IMG/VR virus record: IMGVR_UViG_3300023174_000058
Coordinates: 32,001-96,000 of that record
Direction: 5' to 3' (one strand)
DNA: 64,000 nucleotides
DNA from: a virus
The translations under genes and the position numbers were made by a program. Shown here in pieces: positions 8,679 through 16,934 of the stretch (within the stretch, counting starts at the first letter, position 1; each line of letters starts with the position of its first letter). The notes under the pieces are model-generated. The model had not been told where the DNA came from. It did not search any database and worked only from the letters and a program-made list of their open reading frames with translations.

Positions 8679-9764
8679 TTACTTCTTGGCCTTCTTGCTA
8701 CCGCCAAGGAGATCGACAACGTGCTGCTTAACGCTCTTGCCGTCCACAGTCAACTTGTGCATTTCAAGGATCAGGCCCATGATAGCGGGCGACTTGCTTG
8801 CATCGGTGTAAAACTTCATGCCCGCCTCGCTGGGCAGACGGAGGAAGAAACGGAGGACGTTATCACGCTCCTCGACCGGCATATCCTTGGAAACACGCCC
8901 GCTGGCAAGAACCTTGTCAACAAGGGCGGTGTATTCACCCAGTTTGTAACCCTTCATGCCGTCGAAACGACCGGAGAGAATATCGTCAACGGAGACAACC
9001 CGCTCCAGATTCTTGATATAGTCACGCGAGGCAAGCGCAGCCTCCATGCCGATATAACCGCTGGCGATGTTGTAATACACATCCAGCCGCGTCTTGAAAT
9101 CGTCGCCTTCAAGGATGCCCGCCTTCGTAACGGTATCCGAAAAACGCTTCCACGAACGGCGGGAGGGATAAATCTTGTTAGGCTCAAACTCCCCCTTGTG
9201 CTCCAGATGCGCGCTCTGATCGTTAATAAAGTCCACAATCAGGGGATGAATGTTACCGGCGCGGCCATAATCCAGCCAATCGCCCACAGACGGTTCAATG
9301 TCGAAAGCGGTCCAGCGGTCCAGTTCGGCCGGGTCCATGTCGTTAACCGCGTACTGGGCACCGTGCGTGCCGCCGTTCACAGCGGCGAAAATAAGCGTCT
9401 CAGGGTGCAGACGATGACCGTTGATCGTACGGGAATCCGTCAACTGGAAAATGCCCTGACGGACCTCAGTGGTGCCGCGATCCACCTCATCCAGAAAGAG
9501 GACAACGGGGCGTTCGCACGCTTCCTTGAACCAATCCGGGGGGTTCCAAGAGGTACGGTTGCCGTCGATGACGGGCAGACCCACAAGATCGCCCTCAGTC
9601 ATCTGCGAGACACGGCGCTCGACAACCGGCAGACCACGCTTCGCCGCAAACTGATAGACCAGTTCGCTCTTGCCGATACCGTGCCGCCCGCGCAGCATGA
9701 TAGGATGCTTGGCGTCCGCGATAAGGGAAACGAACGAGTTAAACGTCTTGAAGTCGATAGCCAT
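8679..9764 (-). CDS. MoxR-like AAA+ ATPase
   Basis: Walker A GRHGIGKS, Walker B LFLDEVDR, MDPAELDRW; start MAIDF at 9764. Confidence 0.88.
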   Translation of the reverse strand: MAIDFKTFNSFVSLIADAKHPIMLRGRHGIGKSELVYQFAAKRGLPVVERRVSQMTEGDLVGLPVIDGNRTSWNPPDWFKEACERPVVLFLDEVDRGTTEVRQGIFQLTDSRTINGHRLHPETLIFAAVNGGTHGAQYAVNDMDPAELDRWTAFDIEPSVGDWLDYGRAGNIHPLIVDFINDQSAHLEHKGEFEPNKIYPSRRSWKRFSDTVTKAGILEGDDFKTRLDVYYNIASGYIGMEAALASRDYIKNLERVVSVDDILSGRFDGMKGYKLGEYTALVDKVLASGRVSKDMPVEERDNVLRFFLRLPSEAGMKFYTDASKSPAIMGLILEMHKLTVDGKSVKQHVVDLLGGSKKAKK

Positions 9765-9938
9765 TACCTTACCCCTTTTTGGTGACGCTCCATACGTCAA
9801 CCGTTTGGAGAGAATAACCTAAGTCGCTGCCCTATGCAACAACTTTTTTTGTTCTATCGGTAGAGTGGGCCTCTCCTGCATCCCGCTCAACCGTGAAAGG
9901 CAATATACAGGAGGCGGGCGATCCCGTCAAGCGCTAAA

Positions 9939-9982
9939 AAAAGGCTAGGCGGCAGGGGCTAGCCCCCCAACCCTGCCCTTTT
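9939..9982. repeat. 44-bp dyad element copy 3
   Basis: perfect core 9955-9966; leftward TTGACG-17-TATATT promoter. Confidence 0.9.
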
Positions 9983-9995
9983 TTGCGGGGCAGGA

Positions 9996-10028
9996 AAAAG
10001 CCCGCCCCCCATTTCGGGAGAGGCGGGC
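9996..10028 (-). terminator. intrinsic terminator after VWA-peptidase gene
   Basis: GCCCGCC stem-loop followed by TTTTT on the minus strand. Confidence 0.6.
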
Positions 10029-10043
10029 AGGGTTCCTGTGCTA

Positions 10044-11255
10044 TTAGTTCAGTTTCTTCTTAATGGGGATGATACGCTCGCCGTTTCGGAAGTATGGATT
10101 TTCCGCACCATTAAGGTCGGTCATCCACATACGGCGGCACTTGGAGGGTTTAGGCGCGGGAGCCATCATATCAGTCAGGACGATATGCCCGTCAAAGGTG
10201 CCAGCCTTGTTGACATACTCAGTCGGGGCGTCGAAATCGGTGCCGCCCATCATAACGCGGGTTGCCTTAGCCCGCTGGCCCTTCTTCCATTCATACACAA
10301 GGGTAGGCTCCACACGGGTATCGAACGGAATGACGGTAAAGGTTGCCAGTTTGGAAAGACTGTTAAGTTCGCCAAAGAACGCTTCAAGCAGTTCATCCGA
10401 AACGCTGCCGCTCTGGTCAATCGAAATGGCGATATGCGCGGAGCGGTTCGACTTCTTGCCGGGATGGATGTAAGGGAAACGCTTGTTGATACGTTTCACC
10501 GTGCTGGACTTGTGCGAACGCTGTGCATTACCAACGAACATACGGAGGACGGCTTTCCAGTCAATCGTACCATTAATGAAACGCAAAATCTCCTTCCGCA
10601 TATCATGCGGCACGCTGCCCCAACCGTTGCCCCCCTTGTTGTTGGCTTCCTCTGCGGCACCCTTCATAATCTCGCGCAGACGCTCCTTTGCCATAGCCTT
10701 GACTTCTTCCGGCACGTTGCCCTCGCCCCAGCCGTCGTGCGAGTCCATGTTACCGCACGAGCCATCGCAGGTGGGACCGTCGCCGCCATCCTCGCCGCTG
10801 GCATGGTTGCCGTCGCACTTACCGCCCTTTTCGTCCTGCTTGTCCTTCTCCAGCCGCTTATAGTAGTCCTCTGCGGTCAAACCATCGGGATAGTTAAACT
10901 TCTCAGGCATAAGGGCAAAATCGGGCAGTTCACCCTTAAGATGGCAGTTAATGGACAGATCGGTAGCAAAGTTCCAACGCTTACTGATCTTCTTGCCATC
11001 GGGCGAACGTCCGAGACAATGATCGAGCATAAGATGGTAAAGTTCGTGCTTTAGAACACCGCGACGATGGTTGTCGGGCAACTTCTCAAAAAACTCCTCG
11101 TTATAGACCATCTCGAAATGACCGTCATCCATAACGCGCACGCCAGCGGTAGGGACCGACTTGGTGGGACGCTTGGAAATATGACGCGACACGGCAGCGA
11201 AAAAAGACTCGTTCAAGAGCAGACGGAACATATCGTTTTCAAGATCGTAAGCCAT
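10044..11255 (-). CDS. DUF2201-type putative metallopeptidase with C-terminal VWA-like domain
   Basis: HELYH zincin motif; MIDAS-like DQSGS, GGTDF, LTD; adjacent to AAA+ ATPase. Confidence 0.85.
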   Translation of the reverse strand: MAYDLENDMFRLLLNESFFAAVSRHISKRPTKSVPTAGVRVMDDGHFEMVYNEEFFEKLPDNHRRGVLKHELYHLMLDHCLGRSPDGKKISKRWNFATDLSINCHLKGELPDFALMPEKFNYPDGLTAEDYYKRLEKDKQDEKGGKCDGNHASGEDGGDGPTCDGSCGNMDSHDGWGEGNVPEEVKAMAKERLREIMKGAAEEANNKGGNGWGSVPHDMRKEILRFINGTIDWKAVLRMFVGNAQRSHKSSTVKRINKRFPYIHPGKKSNRSAHIAISIDQSGSVSDELLEAFFGELNSLSKLATFTVIPFDTRVEPTLVYEWKKGQRAKATRVMMGGTDFDAPTEYVNKAGTFDGHIVLTDMMAPAPKPSKCRRMWMTDLNGAENPYFRNGERIIPIKKKLN

Positions 11256-11328
11256 CGCAGACCTCGCGCTGCTCCATGCAGCGTGGAGAGACTATACAGC
11301 AGACGGGGGGCGGTTGTCAATAGGGGAA

Positions 11329-11372
11329 AAAAGGCGGGGCCGTGGGGGCTAGCCCCTGCCAGATAACCTTTT
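11329..11372. repeat. 44-bp dyad element copy 4
   Basis: perfect core 11345-11356; leftward TTGACA...TATAGT promoter. Confidence 0.9.
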
Positions 11373-11394
11373 TAGGCTACCGGCAGGGGTAGGA

Positions 11395-11997
11395 CTAGGG
11401 CATAATACCCGTTACATAATGATTATAGTTTCCACCCTTTTCGCTTCCAATCAGGAGACGTTGGGGCATGGTGACTTTCTTAACAAGAACTTCTGGGTCA
11501 TAATCAATATCGTGAGAAGGTGCTTCAATCGTAAAGTTAATCCGATTGTAATAATCATGTTCCTTTGACACGCTATTTGGATCCTTTAGGCGCATAAGCA
11601 TGCGGCTAATGGGCACGGAAACAGTAATCTCCTCAGCCCCACCATCAAAAGAAACAAGGCTAGCATGAACCGATCGGGCAATAAAACTTTCATTAACGTA
11701 TCTGGGTTCAAGTTTGACACGCTTTGAATACTTCAGATTGCGCGCTTCAATAAAGCCACAGTTAGCAACCCAATCAAAATCCTTTACCATGCAAAGTTTA
11801 AACTTCTCAGGACTCCAATAATCTTGGACTCGGAGAAGAGCGCCAACGCCCAGACCAACCTTGGCAAACCCTTCAATAAGGGCTTTGCGTTCCTTTGGAG
11901 TATGGGTTAACACAATGTTACGCTGGTCCTTGAAATCGGGGCAATCCGGCTTTCGGTGTCCAATATTCCTACAGTATCCGCAAAGACGCTCAGACAT
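11395..11997 (-). CDS. hypothetical protein with N-terminal CCHC zinc knuckle
   Basis: CGYCRNIGHRKPDC; start MSERL at 11997 downstream of the element-linked promoter. Confidence 0.75.
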   Translation of the reverse strand: MSERLCGYCRNIGHRKPDCPDFKDQRNIVLTHTPKERKALIEGFAKVGLGVGALLRVQDYWSPEKFKLCMVKDFDWVANCGFIEARNLKYSKRVKLEPRYVNESFIARSVHASLVSFDGGAEEITVSVPISRMLMRLKDPNSVSKEHDYYNRINFTIEAPSHDIDYDPEVLVKKVTMPQRLLIGSEKGGNYNHYVTGIMP

Positions 11998-12068
11998 AAT
12001 AGCCTCGCCGCTCTCCATGAGCGTAGGCAGACAATAGCATGGGAACCTCACCGTGTCAAGAGGGACAA

Positions 12069-12112
12069 AAAAGGACCGCTGAAAGGGGCTAGCCCCCTGC
12101 CCAACCGGTTTT
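12069..12112. repeat. 44-bp dyad element copy 5
   Basis: perfect core 12085-12096; leftward TTGACA-17-TATTGT. Confidence 0.9.
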
Positions 12113-12134
12113 ATCCAGCGGGAGGGGACCATCA

Positions 12135-12227
12135 TTAACGCTTCTTGTTTTGGTTACGGGTGCGGCGCTTCTTACTCCCGATCTTTCGCCTACCCTTGCG
12201 CGGACGGTTCTTTGCTGGCCAACCCAT
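12135..12227 (-). CDS. 30-aa Arg/Lys-rich peptide
   Basis: MGWPAKNRPRKGRRKIGSKKRRTRNQNKKR*; strong AAAGGAG RBS. Confidence 0.65.
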   Translation of the reverse strand: MGWPAKNRPRKGRRKIGSKKRRTRNQNKKR

Positions 12228-12277
12228 GACTAACTCCTTTTGTTAGGTCTATTCTTATCGAGCAAACTACTTATAGT

Positions 12278-12886
12278 ATGGAGAACACAATGGAAACTAC
12301 CAAAGTTTGTAATGGATGTAAAGAAGAAAAGTTACTTGTCGAATACAATAAAGACAAAAGCAAGAAAGACGGATACCAAACACGGTGTAGAGCCTGTAAG
12401 CAAGTTTCCGATAATGCTTGGAGGCAGGAGAACAAAGACAGCGTAAATGCTAAGTCGAAAGCATGGCGTAAGGTCAATAGGCAGCGAGCGCAAGAAAACA
12501 TTAAACGCTGGCAGGAGGAGAATCCAGAACGATACCGCGAAATCCAGCGCAAGCATTGGCGTAAGTCTTACGAAAAGAACAAGTTCAAGAAGCTTGTTTC
12601 CGGTGCTATTAAACGTTCACTCAAAGGAATATGGAAGTCAAAAGCCATCTTTGAAAGACTTGGCTATACCGTCGATCAACTCAAAGAGCATCTAGAAAGC
12701 AAGTTCACAGAAGGCATGACTTGGGAGAACCACGGCGAATGGCACATAGATCACATAACGCCACAGTCTTGGCTACCATTCTCCAGTATCGAAGACGAAA
12801 ACTTTATAAAGTGCTGGTCGCTAAGTAACCTTCAGCCTTTATGGGCTAAGGATAATATCAGCAAGGGTAACCGCTATGAAGGATAG
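12278..12886 (+). CDS. HNH homing-type endonuclease
   Basis: N-terminal CxxC..CxxC; WHIDHITP, LQPLWAKDNISKGN; paralog of 23947..24552. Confidence 0.85.
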   Translation: MENTMETTKVCNGCKEEKLLVEYNKDKSKKDGYQTRCRACKQVSDNAWRQENKDSVNAKSKAWRKVNRQRAQENIKRWQEENPERYREIQRKHWRKSYEKNKFKKLVSGAIKRSLKGIWKSKAIFERLGYTVDQLKEHLESKFTEGMTWENHGEWHIDHITPQSWLPFSSIEDENFIKCWSLSNLQPLWAKDNISKGNRYEG

Positions 12887-12907
12887 GAGGCATACCGGAC
12901 CTCCCTT

Positions 12908-13126
12908 CTATGCGATAAACTTCCAACGCCTATTATCTGCTGCAATCTTACTTACCCCCTCTTTTGAGAGAGGGGCATCACCGTGGGTAAGACCAATCAT
13001 CTTAACCGTATCGGCGTCATAGAACTTTGGATCACACTCTATGTATTCTGCGATAAGATAATAAAAGTTCTTACCCAATCCATAGAAGCACCAGATATCG
13101 CCTACCTGTGGAGTACGGCTGCTCAT
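12908..13126 (-). CDS. GDI-family small protein
   Basis: PQVGDIW ... FIA. Confidence 0.8.
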   Translation of the reverse strand: MSSRTPQVGDIWCFYGLGKNFYYLIAEYIECDPKFYDADTVKMIGLTHGDAPLSKEGVSKIAADNRRWKFIA

Positions 13127-13308
13127 GCTACCCACCTGTAGTACTGAAAACAGGAGATATCGGTTTCATCCTCGCCCCAAGCATTATCCAGCCACAGAAT
13201 AAAATAACGATGCCCCCACTTGCTGTACCTACGCACGATGCTAGTCACCATAAAGTGTGCCTGTGAGCCGGGGGAATAGTAGATGTCGCCTACCCGTGGA
13301 TCATACAT
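13123..13308 (-). CDS. GDI-family small protein
   Basis: PRVGDIY ... WVA. Confidence 0.8.
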   Translation of the reverse strand: MYDPRVGDIYYSPGSQAHFMVTSIVRRYSKWGHRYFILWLDNAWGEDETDISCFQYYRWVA

Positions 13309-13529
13309 TAGGCGAGCCTCTCACAATCTTTTAAAACACTAAAATCAAGTGACCACTCCCCATAGCCAGTATCCCAGTAGTTCGACTCCATTACAAGCAC
13401 TTCGTAATGCGGGTAGTGCTTTTCAGGCAGCCGCTTACCTACCAGAAGCACCGCATAGTTTGCAACCCCTTGCATTGGTTGCCGCATCTGGTACCGCAAA
13501 ATGTCGCCCGTGCAGACCGTTGAAATCAT
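13308..13529 (-). CDS. GDI-family small protein
   Basis: CTGDIL ... RLA. Confidence 0.75.
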   Translation of the reverse strand: MISTVCTGDILRYQMRQPMQGVANYAVLLVGKRLPEKHYPHYEVLVMESNYWDTGYGEWSLDFSVLKDCERLA

Positions 13530-13566
13530 GGAAGCACTCTACCAGAGAAGGGAGTGACTGTCAAGG

Positions 13567-13643
13567 TGGCGGTCCCGGCTGGATTTGAACCAGCGTAACT
13601 CTGTTTAGAAGACAGATGCCTAATCCGCTAGACTACGGGACCG
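13567..13643 (-). tRNA. tRNA-Arg(UCU)
   Basis: cloverleaf; anticodon arm TCTGT-CTTCTAA-ACAGA; GGTTCAAATCC T arm; encoded CCA. Confidence 0.92.
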
Positions 13644-13734
13644 TAAACAAGAACAAAAAGGTGCCCCAAGCCAGTTATTCCTTCTTAGGAGCAGGCTGCA
13701 TAGGCGTTGCGCAAACGAGGAACCTATGCATTAT

Positions 13735-13809
13735 TGGTGGGGAAGGTGGGGCTCGAACCCACAACTAACGGCTTAAAAGGCCGCTACTCTACCATTGAGT
13801 TACTTCCCC
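13735..13809 (-). tRNA. tRNA-Lys(UUU)
   Basis: GCGGC-CTTTTAA-GCCGT anticodon arm; GGTTCGAG; CCA. Confidence 0.92.
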
Positions 13810-13816
13810 GAAAAGT

Positions 13817-13902
13817 TGGTGCCCAAGGCCGGACTCGAACCGGCAAGCCTGTTACGGCGGAAGATTTTAAGTCTTCTGTGTATACCATTTCACCACTTGG
13901 GC
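13817..13902 (-). tRNA. tRNA-Leu(UAA)
   Basis: GAAGA-CTTAAAA-TCTTC; long variable arm; CCA. Confidence 0.92.
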
Positions 13903-13905
13903 AAG

Positions 13906-13996
13906 TGGTCGGCCCGCTAGGAGTCGAACCTAGTCTAGGCGGTCATCTACCGCAAAACGATTATAAGTCGTTCTCGCATTGCCGATGCACGGGCCG
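13906..13996 (-). tRNA. atypical tRNA with UAU anticodon (Ile-AUA reading) and long variable arm
   Basis: 7-bp acceptor CGGCCCG/CGGGCCG, AACGA-CTTATAA-TCGTT, GCGGT/ACCGC variable arm, GGTTCGACT T loop, ACCA end. Confidence 0.75.
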
Positions 13997-14002
13997 ATTA
14001 TT

Positions 14003-14332
14003 CTATTTTTCTAGTTCATCGTGAAGTTCACTATGGCAATTATGACAGACCATAATGCACTTGTCAAGTTCTTCTTTTATCTTCTCCCACTTGCGAGCAT
14101 GGGAACCAGAGATCCCAAAGTCTTTTTGGGAAGGGTCGAGATGGTGAAAGGCTAGGGCACGCTTACTCTTGCAGTACCCGCACCTCTCACATTTCCCGCC
14201 TTTATATTCGACACACCGATCTTTCAAGTCGTGTCGCTTACGGTTTGACATACAGGAGTTACAGACAGTCCTAGTATGCCCTTTCTTTCTATCATAGTCA
14301 AACGATCTTTTACACTCTTTACACTCAGTCAT
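14003..14332 (-). CDS. HNH endonuclease
   Basis: CERCGY...LAFHHLDP...CIMVCHNCHSELH; upstream of the tRNA cluster. Confidence 0.85.
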   Translation of the reverse strand: MTECKECKRSFDYDRKKGHTRTVCNSCMSNRKRHDLKDRCVEYKGGKCERCGYCKSKRALAFHHLDPSQKDFGISGSHARKWEKIKEELDKCIMVCHNCHSELHDELEK

Positions 14333-14446
14333 GTGGGAGCCTCCTATGCTCTAACTAGTGCGAGAGCGGAGATTGTTCCCACATTTCTAACCGCTAGGCT
14401 ACAGGACCATCGAACAAAAACATCTTACCACATCACCGGCAGGACT

Positions 14447-14602
14447 TCAAGAAGTTTCTTTTGAGGCAATAAAGTCACGCAGTACCTTACGCAGATCCAT
14501 CAGCCGATCCTCGTCGCTCTCGTCAAAGCGCCCAGTAAACAGCACCTCGTTGATTGCTTCGAGCAGTACGATGGCAAGATCCCTGTCTACTTCGATGTTC
14601 AT
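14447..14602 (-). CDS. small acidic hypothetical protein
   Basis: MNIEVDRDL...; preceded by TTGACA-17-TAGGAT. Confidence 0.55.
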   Translation of the reverse strand: MNIEVDRDLAIVLLEAINEVLFTGRFDESDEDRLMDLRKVLRDFIASKETS

Positions 14603-14634
14603 GGAGAGCATCCTATCACTTGTGCGAGGGGTTG

Positions 14635-14748
14635 TCAAGCGGGCCGTGGAGTCGAACCACGCAGCCCCAACCCTCTAACAGTTAGAGGTTATGTTAGCGG
14701 ATGGAACTCAGTCCGCCAGTTACCAAGTACCCCGTACCGCCCGCTTGA
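14635..14748 (-). ncRNA. tRNA-like structured RNA candidate
   Basis: 10-bp terminal stem TCAAGCGGGC/GCCCGCTTGA, T arm CGTGG-TTCGACT-CCACG, three further hairpins; starts at the predicted TSS of a sigma70 promoter. Confidence 0.6.
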
Positions 14749-14791
14749 TGAACGTATAGTACCCCGGATCGTGTCACTTGTCAACGAACAT

Positions 14792-14835
14792 AAAAGGAGG
14801 TAGGAGAAGGGCTAGCCCCCCTGCCCCCCGCTTTT
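14792..14835. repeat. 44-bp dyad element copy 6
   Basis: AGGGCTAGCCCC core 14808-14819; leftward TTGACA-17-TACTAT. Confidence 0.9.
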
Positions 14836-14859
14836 ATTGCGGGGGTGGGGTTGGTCGTG

Positions 14860-15609
14860 CTACTGCTGCGGCTTCTCGCGGTACTTCTTAATAACGCGCT
14901 CAGGCACCGCAACCTGTTCGCCAGTAGTAATCCACAGGACATTAATCATGCGGGAGCCCTTACCGCCCCGTGACTTGCGGCTGATCTCCTCCTTGTGTTC
15001 CACAACCATACCAATACGCTCCTCGCTATGTGCCAATCCCTTGCCATAGGTAGGATCATGGCGGTATGAACCCTTGAACGGGTGACGGAGCATCACCTGA
15101 TCGCCAACATCGTACACAATATCGCGCTTAAGTTCGCGGTACTTGCTACCCTCGTGCCCCATAGCAACACGGGCAAACATCTTCCAATGGAGGGGACGGT
15201 CAAGCCAACCAAGGGCTTTTGCCTGTTCCTGACTGTGGTGTATCCCATCACGATCATAATACCACCACATATTCTGTGAGCAGTTGGTATACATCTCCTG
15301 CATATCGGGGCGGGCGTCATACCATTCAAAAAACTTCTTATCAAAAGCGTCCCATTCAGGGGAATGATCCGCTGCAAGGTTTTCCAGCGTCCACTTTTGG
15401 CTAGGGGTAATCAGCCCGTTCGTCTCAAAGTAGGTCTTGACGGATGGCACAAAGTCTCTGTTATAGTGGCTCTTGCTCTGGGCTGCAAACTCCAGCAGTT
15501 GCGGGATCGTATACTTTTCGTTGCCCTGCTCGTCAAACAGGAAGTCACGCTCGCGGATAGGGAACACAAGGTCGATCTCGTAGGGCTTCACTTTCTTGGT
15601 ACGCGGCAT
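14860..15609 (-). CDS. hypothetical protein with C-terminal GDI/SH3-like domain
   Basis: start MPRTKK with AAGGAGG RBS; C-terminal YDVGDQV...IGMVVE...INVLW. Confidence 0.8.
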   Translation of the reverse strand: MPRTKKVKPYEIDLVFPIRERDFLFDEQGNEKYTIPQLLEFAAQSKSHYNRDFVPSVKTYFETNGLITPSQKWTLENLAADHSPEWDAFDKKFFEWYDARPDMQEMYTNCSQNMWWYYDRDGIHHSQEQAKALGWLDRPLHWKMFARVAMGHEGSKYRELKRDIVYDVGDQVMLRHPFKGSYRHDPTYGKGLAHSEERIGMVVEHKEEISRKSRGGKGSRMINVLWITTGEQVAVPERVIKKYREKPQQ

Positions 15610-15679
15610 CGTTGCCTCCTTCGCTCTCCATGAGCGTATGCGGACTATATATGGTCCCCTGCATTGTGTCAAGCGACAA

Positions 15680-15723
15680 AAAAAGGTGTTCGGCGGGGGC
15701 TAGCCCTCCCCCAAGGGCCTTTA
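15680..15723. repeat. 44-bp dyad element copy 7
   Basis: GGGGCTAGCCCT core 15696-15707; leftward TTGACA-17-TATAGT. Confidence 0.88.
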
Positions 15724-15750
15724 ATCAATGCTTGTAAAGACACCAGCGGT

Positions 15751-16089
15751 TCATGCCTTCCCTTTGTGGTTAACATTCCCCGTAAAGGTTGCCTTTGTCT
15801 GGAAGGACACAGCGGGTTCCTTTGCGCGGAAATGCATTTGACATTGCTTGCCCGTGTTCAATCCACTAGTGGCACGCCAGTAGTCCTTGTAGGCATCACG
15901 GTCCTGTTGGGAGTTGAACTTAAGCACTTGGACCGCTGCTTGCTTACCCTCGCCAGCACTAATGCCAAGGTAACGCACCGTGTCATCGGTAGAACAATCG
16001 GGGCAGTGGTGGGAGAGTCCCCCGGCTCGACGCTTCTCGCGGGAGTGAGGGTCGAAAAGCGCGTCACACTCAATACAAACTTTACTCAT
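15751..16089 (-). CDS. zinc-ribbon hypothetical protein
   Basis: CIEC...CPDC; coupled by ATGA overlap to the GDI array. Confidence 0.75.
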   Translation of the reverse strand: MSKVCIECDALFDPHSREKRRAGGLSHHCPDCSTDDTVRYLGISAGEGKQAAVQVLKFNSQQDRDAYKDYWRATSGLNTGKQCQMHFRAKEPAVSFQTKATFTGNVNHKGKA

Positions 16090-16280
16090 GCTACGAACCT
16101 CCAACGCCTTTCACCTTGAAATACTATATGTGCACTCTTGCCATCAGTCAAGCACAAACCTTGAAAAAACTTTGCGTGGGGGACTCTTGCGTTACCTTTC
16201 AGCGGTTCCAGAAGGAGCCAATAACTCTTGACCTCCGCAAGATCGGTCCATTCCCAAATGTCACCAACCTGTGGAGTCAT
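16086..16280 (-). CDS. GDI-family small protein
   Basis: MTPQVGDIW ... WRFVA. Confidence 0.8.
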   Translation of the reverse strand: MTPQVGDIWEWTDLAEVKSYWLLLEPLKGNARVPHAKFFQGLCLTDGKSAHIVFQGERRWRFVA

Positions 16281-16441
16281 GCTACGAACCTCCACCCGGG
16301 AGTACGAGAGAGCAACATTATCTGCGTTCTCCTGCCAGATGTCAAGCTCAAAGCTTCAAAAGAATCGTGATGGAACTCTTTAGTTAGAAGCCAGTATTTG
16401 CGATCCTCAAAGCACCAGATGTCACCAACCTGCGGAGTCAT
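16277..16441 (-). CDS. GDI-family small protein
   Basis: MTPQVGDIW ... WRFVA. Confidence 0.8.
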   Translation of the reverse strand: MTPQVGDIWCFEDRKYWLLTKEFHHDSFEALSLTSGRRTQIMLLSRTPGWRFVA

Positions 16442-16647
16442 GCTACCATCCGTCCGTCGCGGGAAATCGAATCCGCGTAAACCTCGTACTTGCCCCCTGT
16501 TTCTAGCACAAGGCAGCGGGCAGCGCAAGTTTCGCTTCGGTACTGGATCGTCTCAAAAAACTCAGTTATGAGCAGATGATAGTAGCCCCAATCGCTACCA
16601 CGGGGCTTGCAGTTGAGCACCCAGATGTCCCCAATCTGTGGAGTCAC
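16438..16647 (-). CDS. GDI-family small protein
   Basis: GTG start, TPQIGDIW ... MVA; GGAGG RBS. Confidence 0.78.
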   Translation of the reverse strand: MTPQIGDIWVLNCKPRGSDWGYYHLLITEFFETIQYRSETCAARCLVLETGGKYEVYADSISRDGRMVA

Positions 16648-16850
16648 TTGTCCTCCTCCCAACCACCATAGGCACGGCCACGCTTCTTAAAATAAACAGC
16701 CGTGCGAGTACCAGCCTCAATCTCTAGCGCCTCAAACTCCCACTCAACATCGGCATAATAAGCCCGTCTCTCATCCAACAGCAGGAAGTGATGACTCTTG
16801 GGACTATTCTCAAACACCCAGACGCTACCAAGTATCGGCTTCGGGTTCAT
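16644..16850 (-). CDS. GDI-family small protein (divergent)
   Basis: PILGSVW...HFLLL...ALEIEAG. Confidence 0.7.
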   Translation of the reverse strand: MNPKPILGSVWVFENSPKSHHFLLLDERRAYYADVEWEFEALEIEAGTRTAVYFKKRGRAYGGWEEDK

Positions 16851-16890
16851 GTTGGGGATCATATCGGGGGAAGGGCTGGGTGTCAAGGGG

Positions 16891-16934
16891 TATTTGCGGA
16901 GAGGGAGGGGCTAGCCCCACAGGCGGGCAAAAAC
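16891..16934. repeat. 44-bp dyad element copy 8 (A/T arms swapped)
   Basis: perfect core 16907-16918 flanked by TATT and AAA; leftward TTGACA-17-TATGAT. Confidence 0.8.

Noticed and set aside
8721-11054. Long + strand ORFs 8721..9785 and 10038..11054 (and 20975..21676 on the minus strand)
   Set aside because: Antisense shadows of well-supported genes, expected from GC3-biased codons; no motifs or RBS.
13707-14024. + strand ORF 13707..14024 and ORF 31398..31742
   Set aside because: They overlap tRNA genes or an HNH gene on the opposite strand; spurious.
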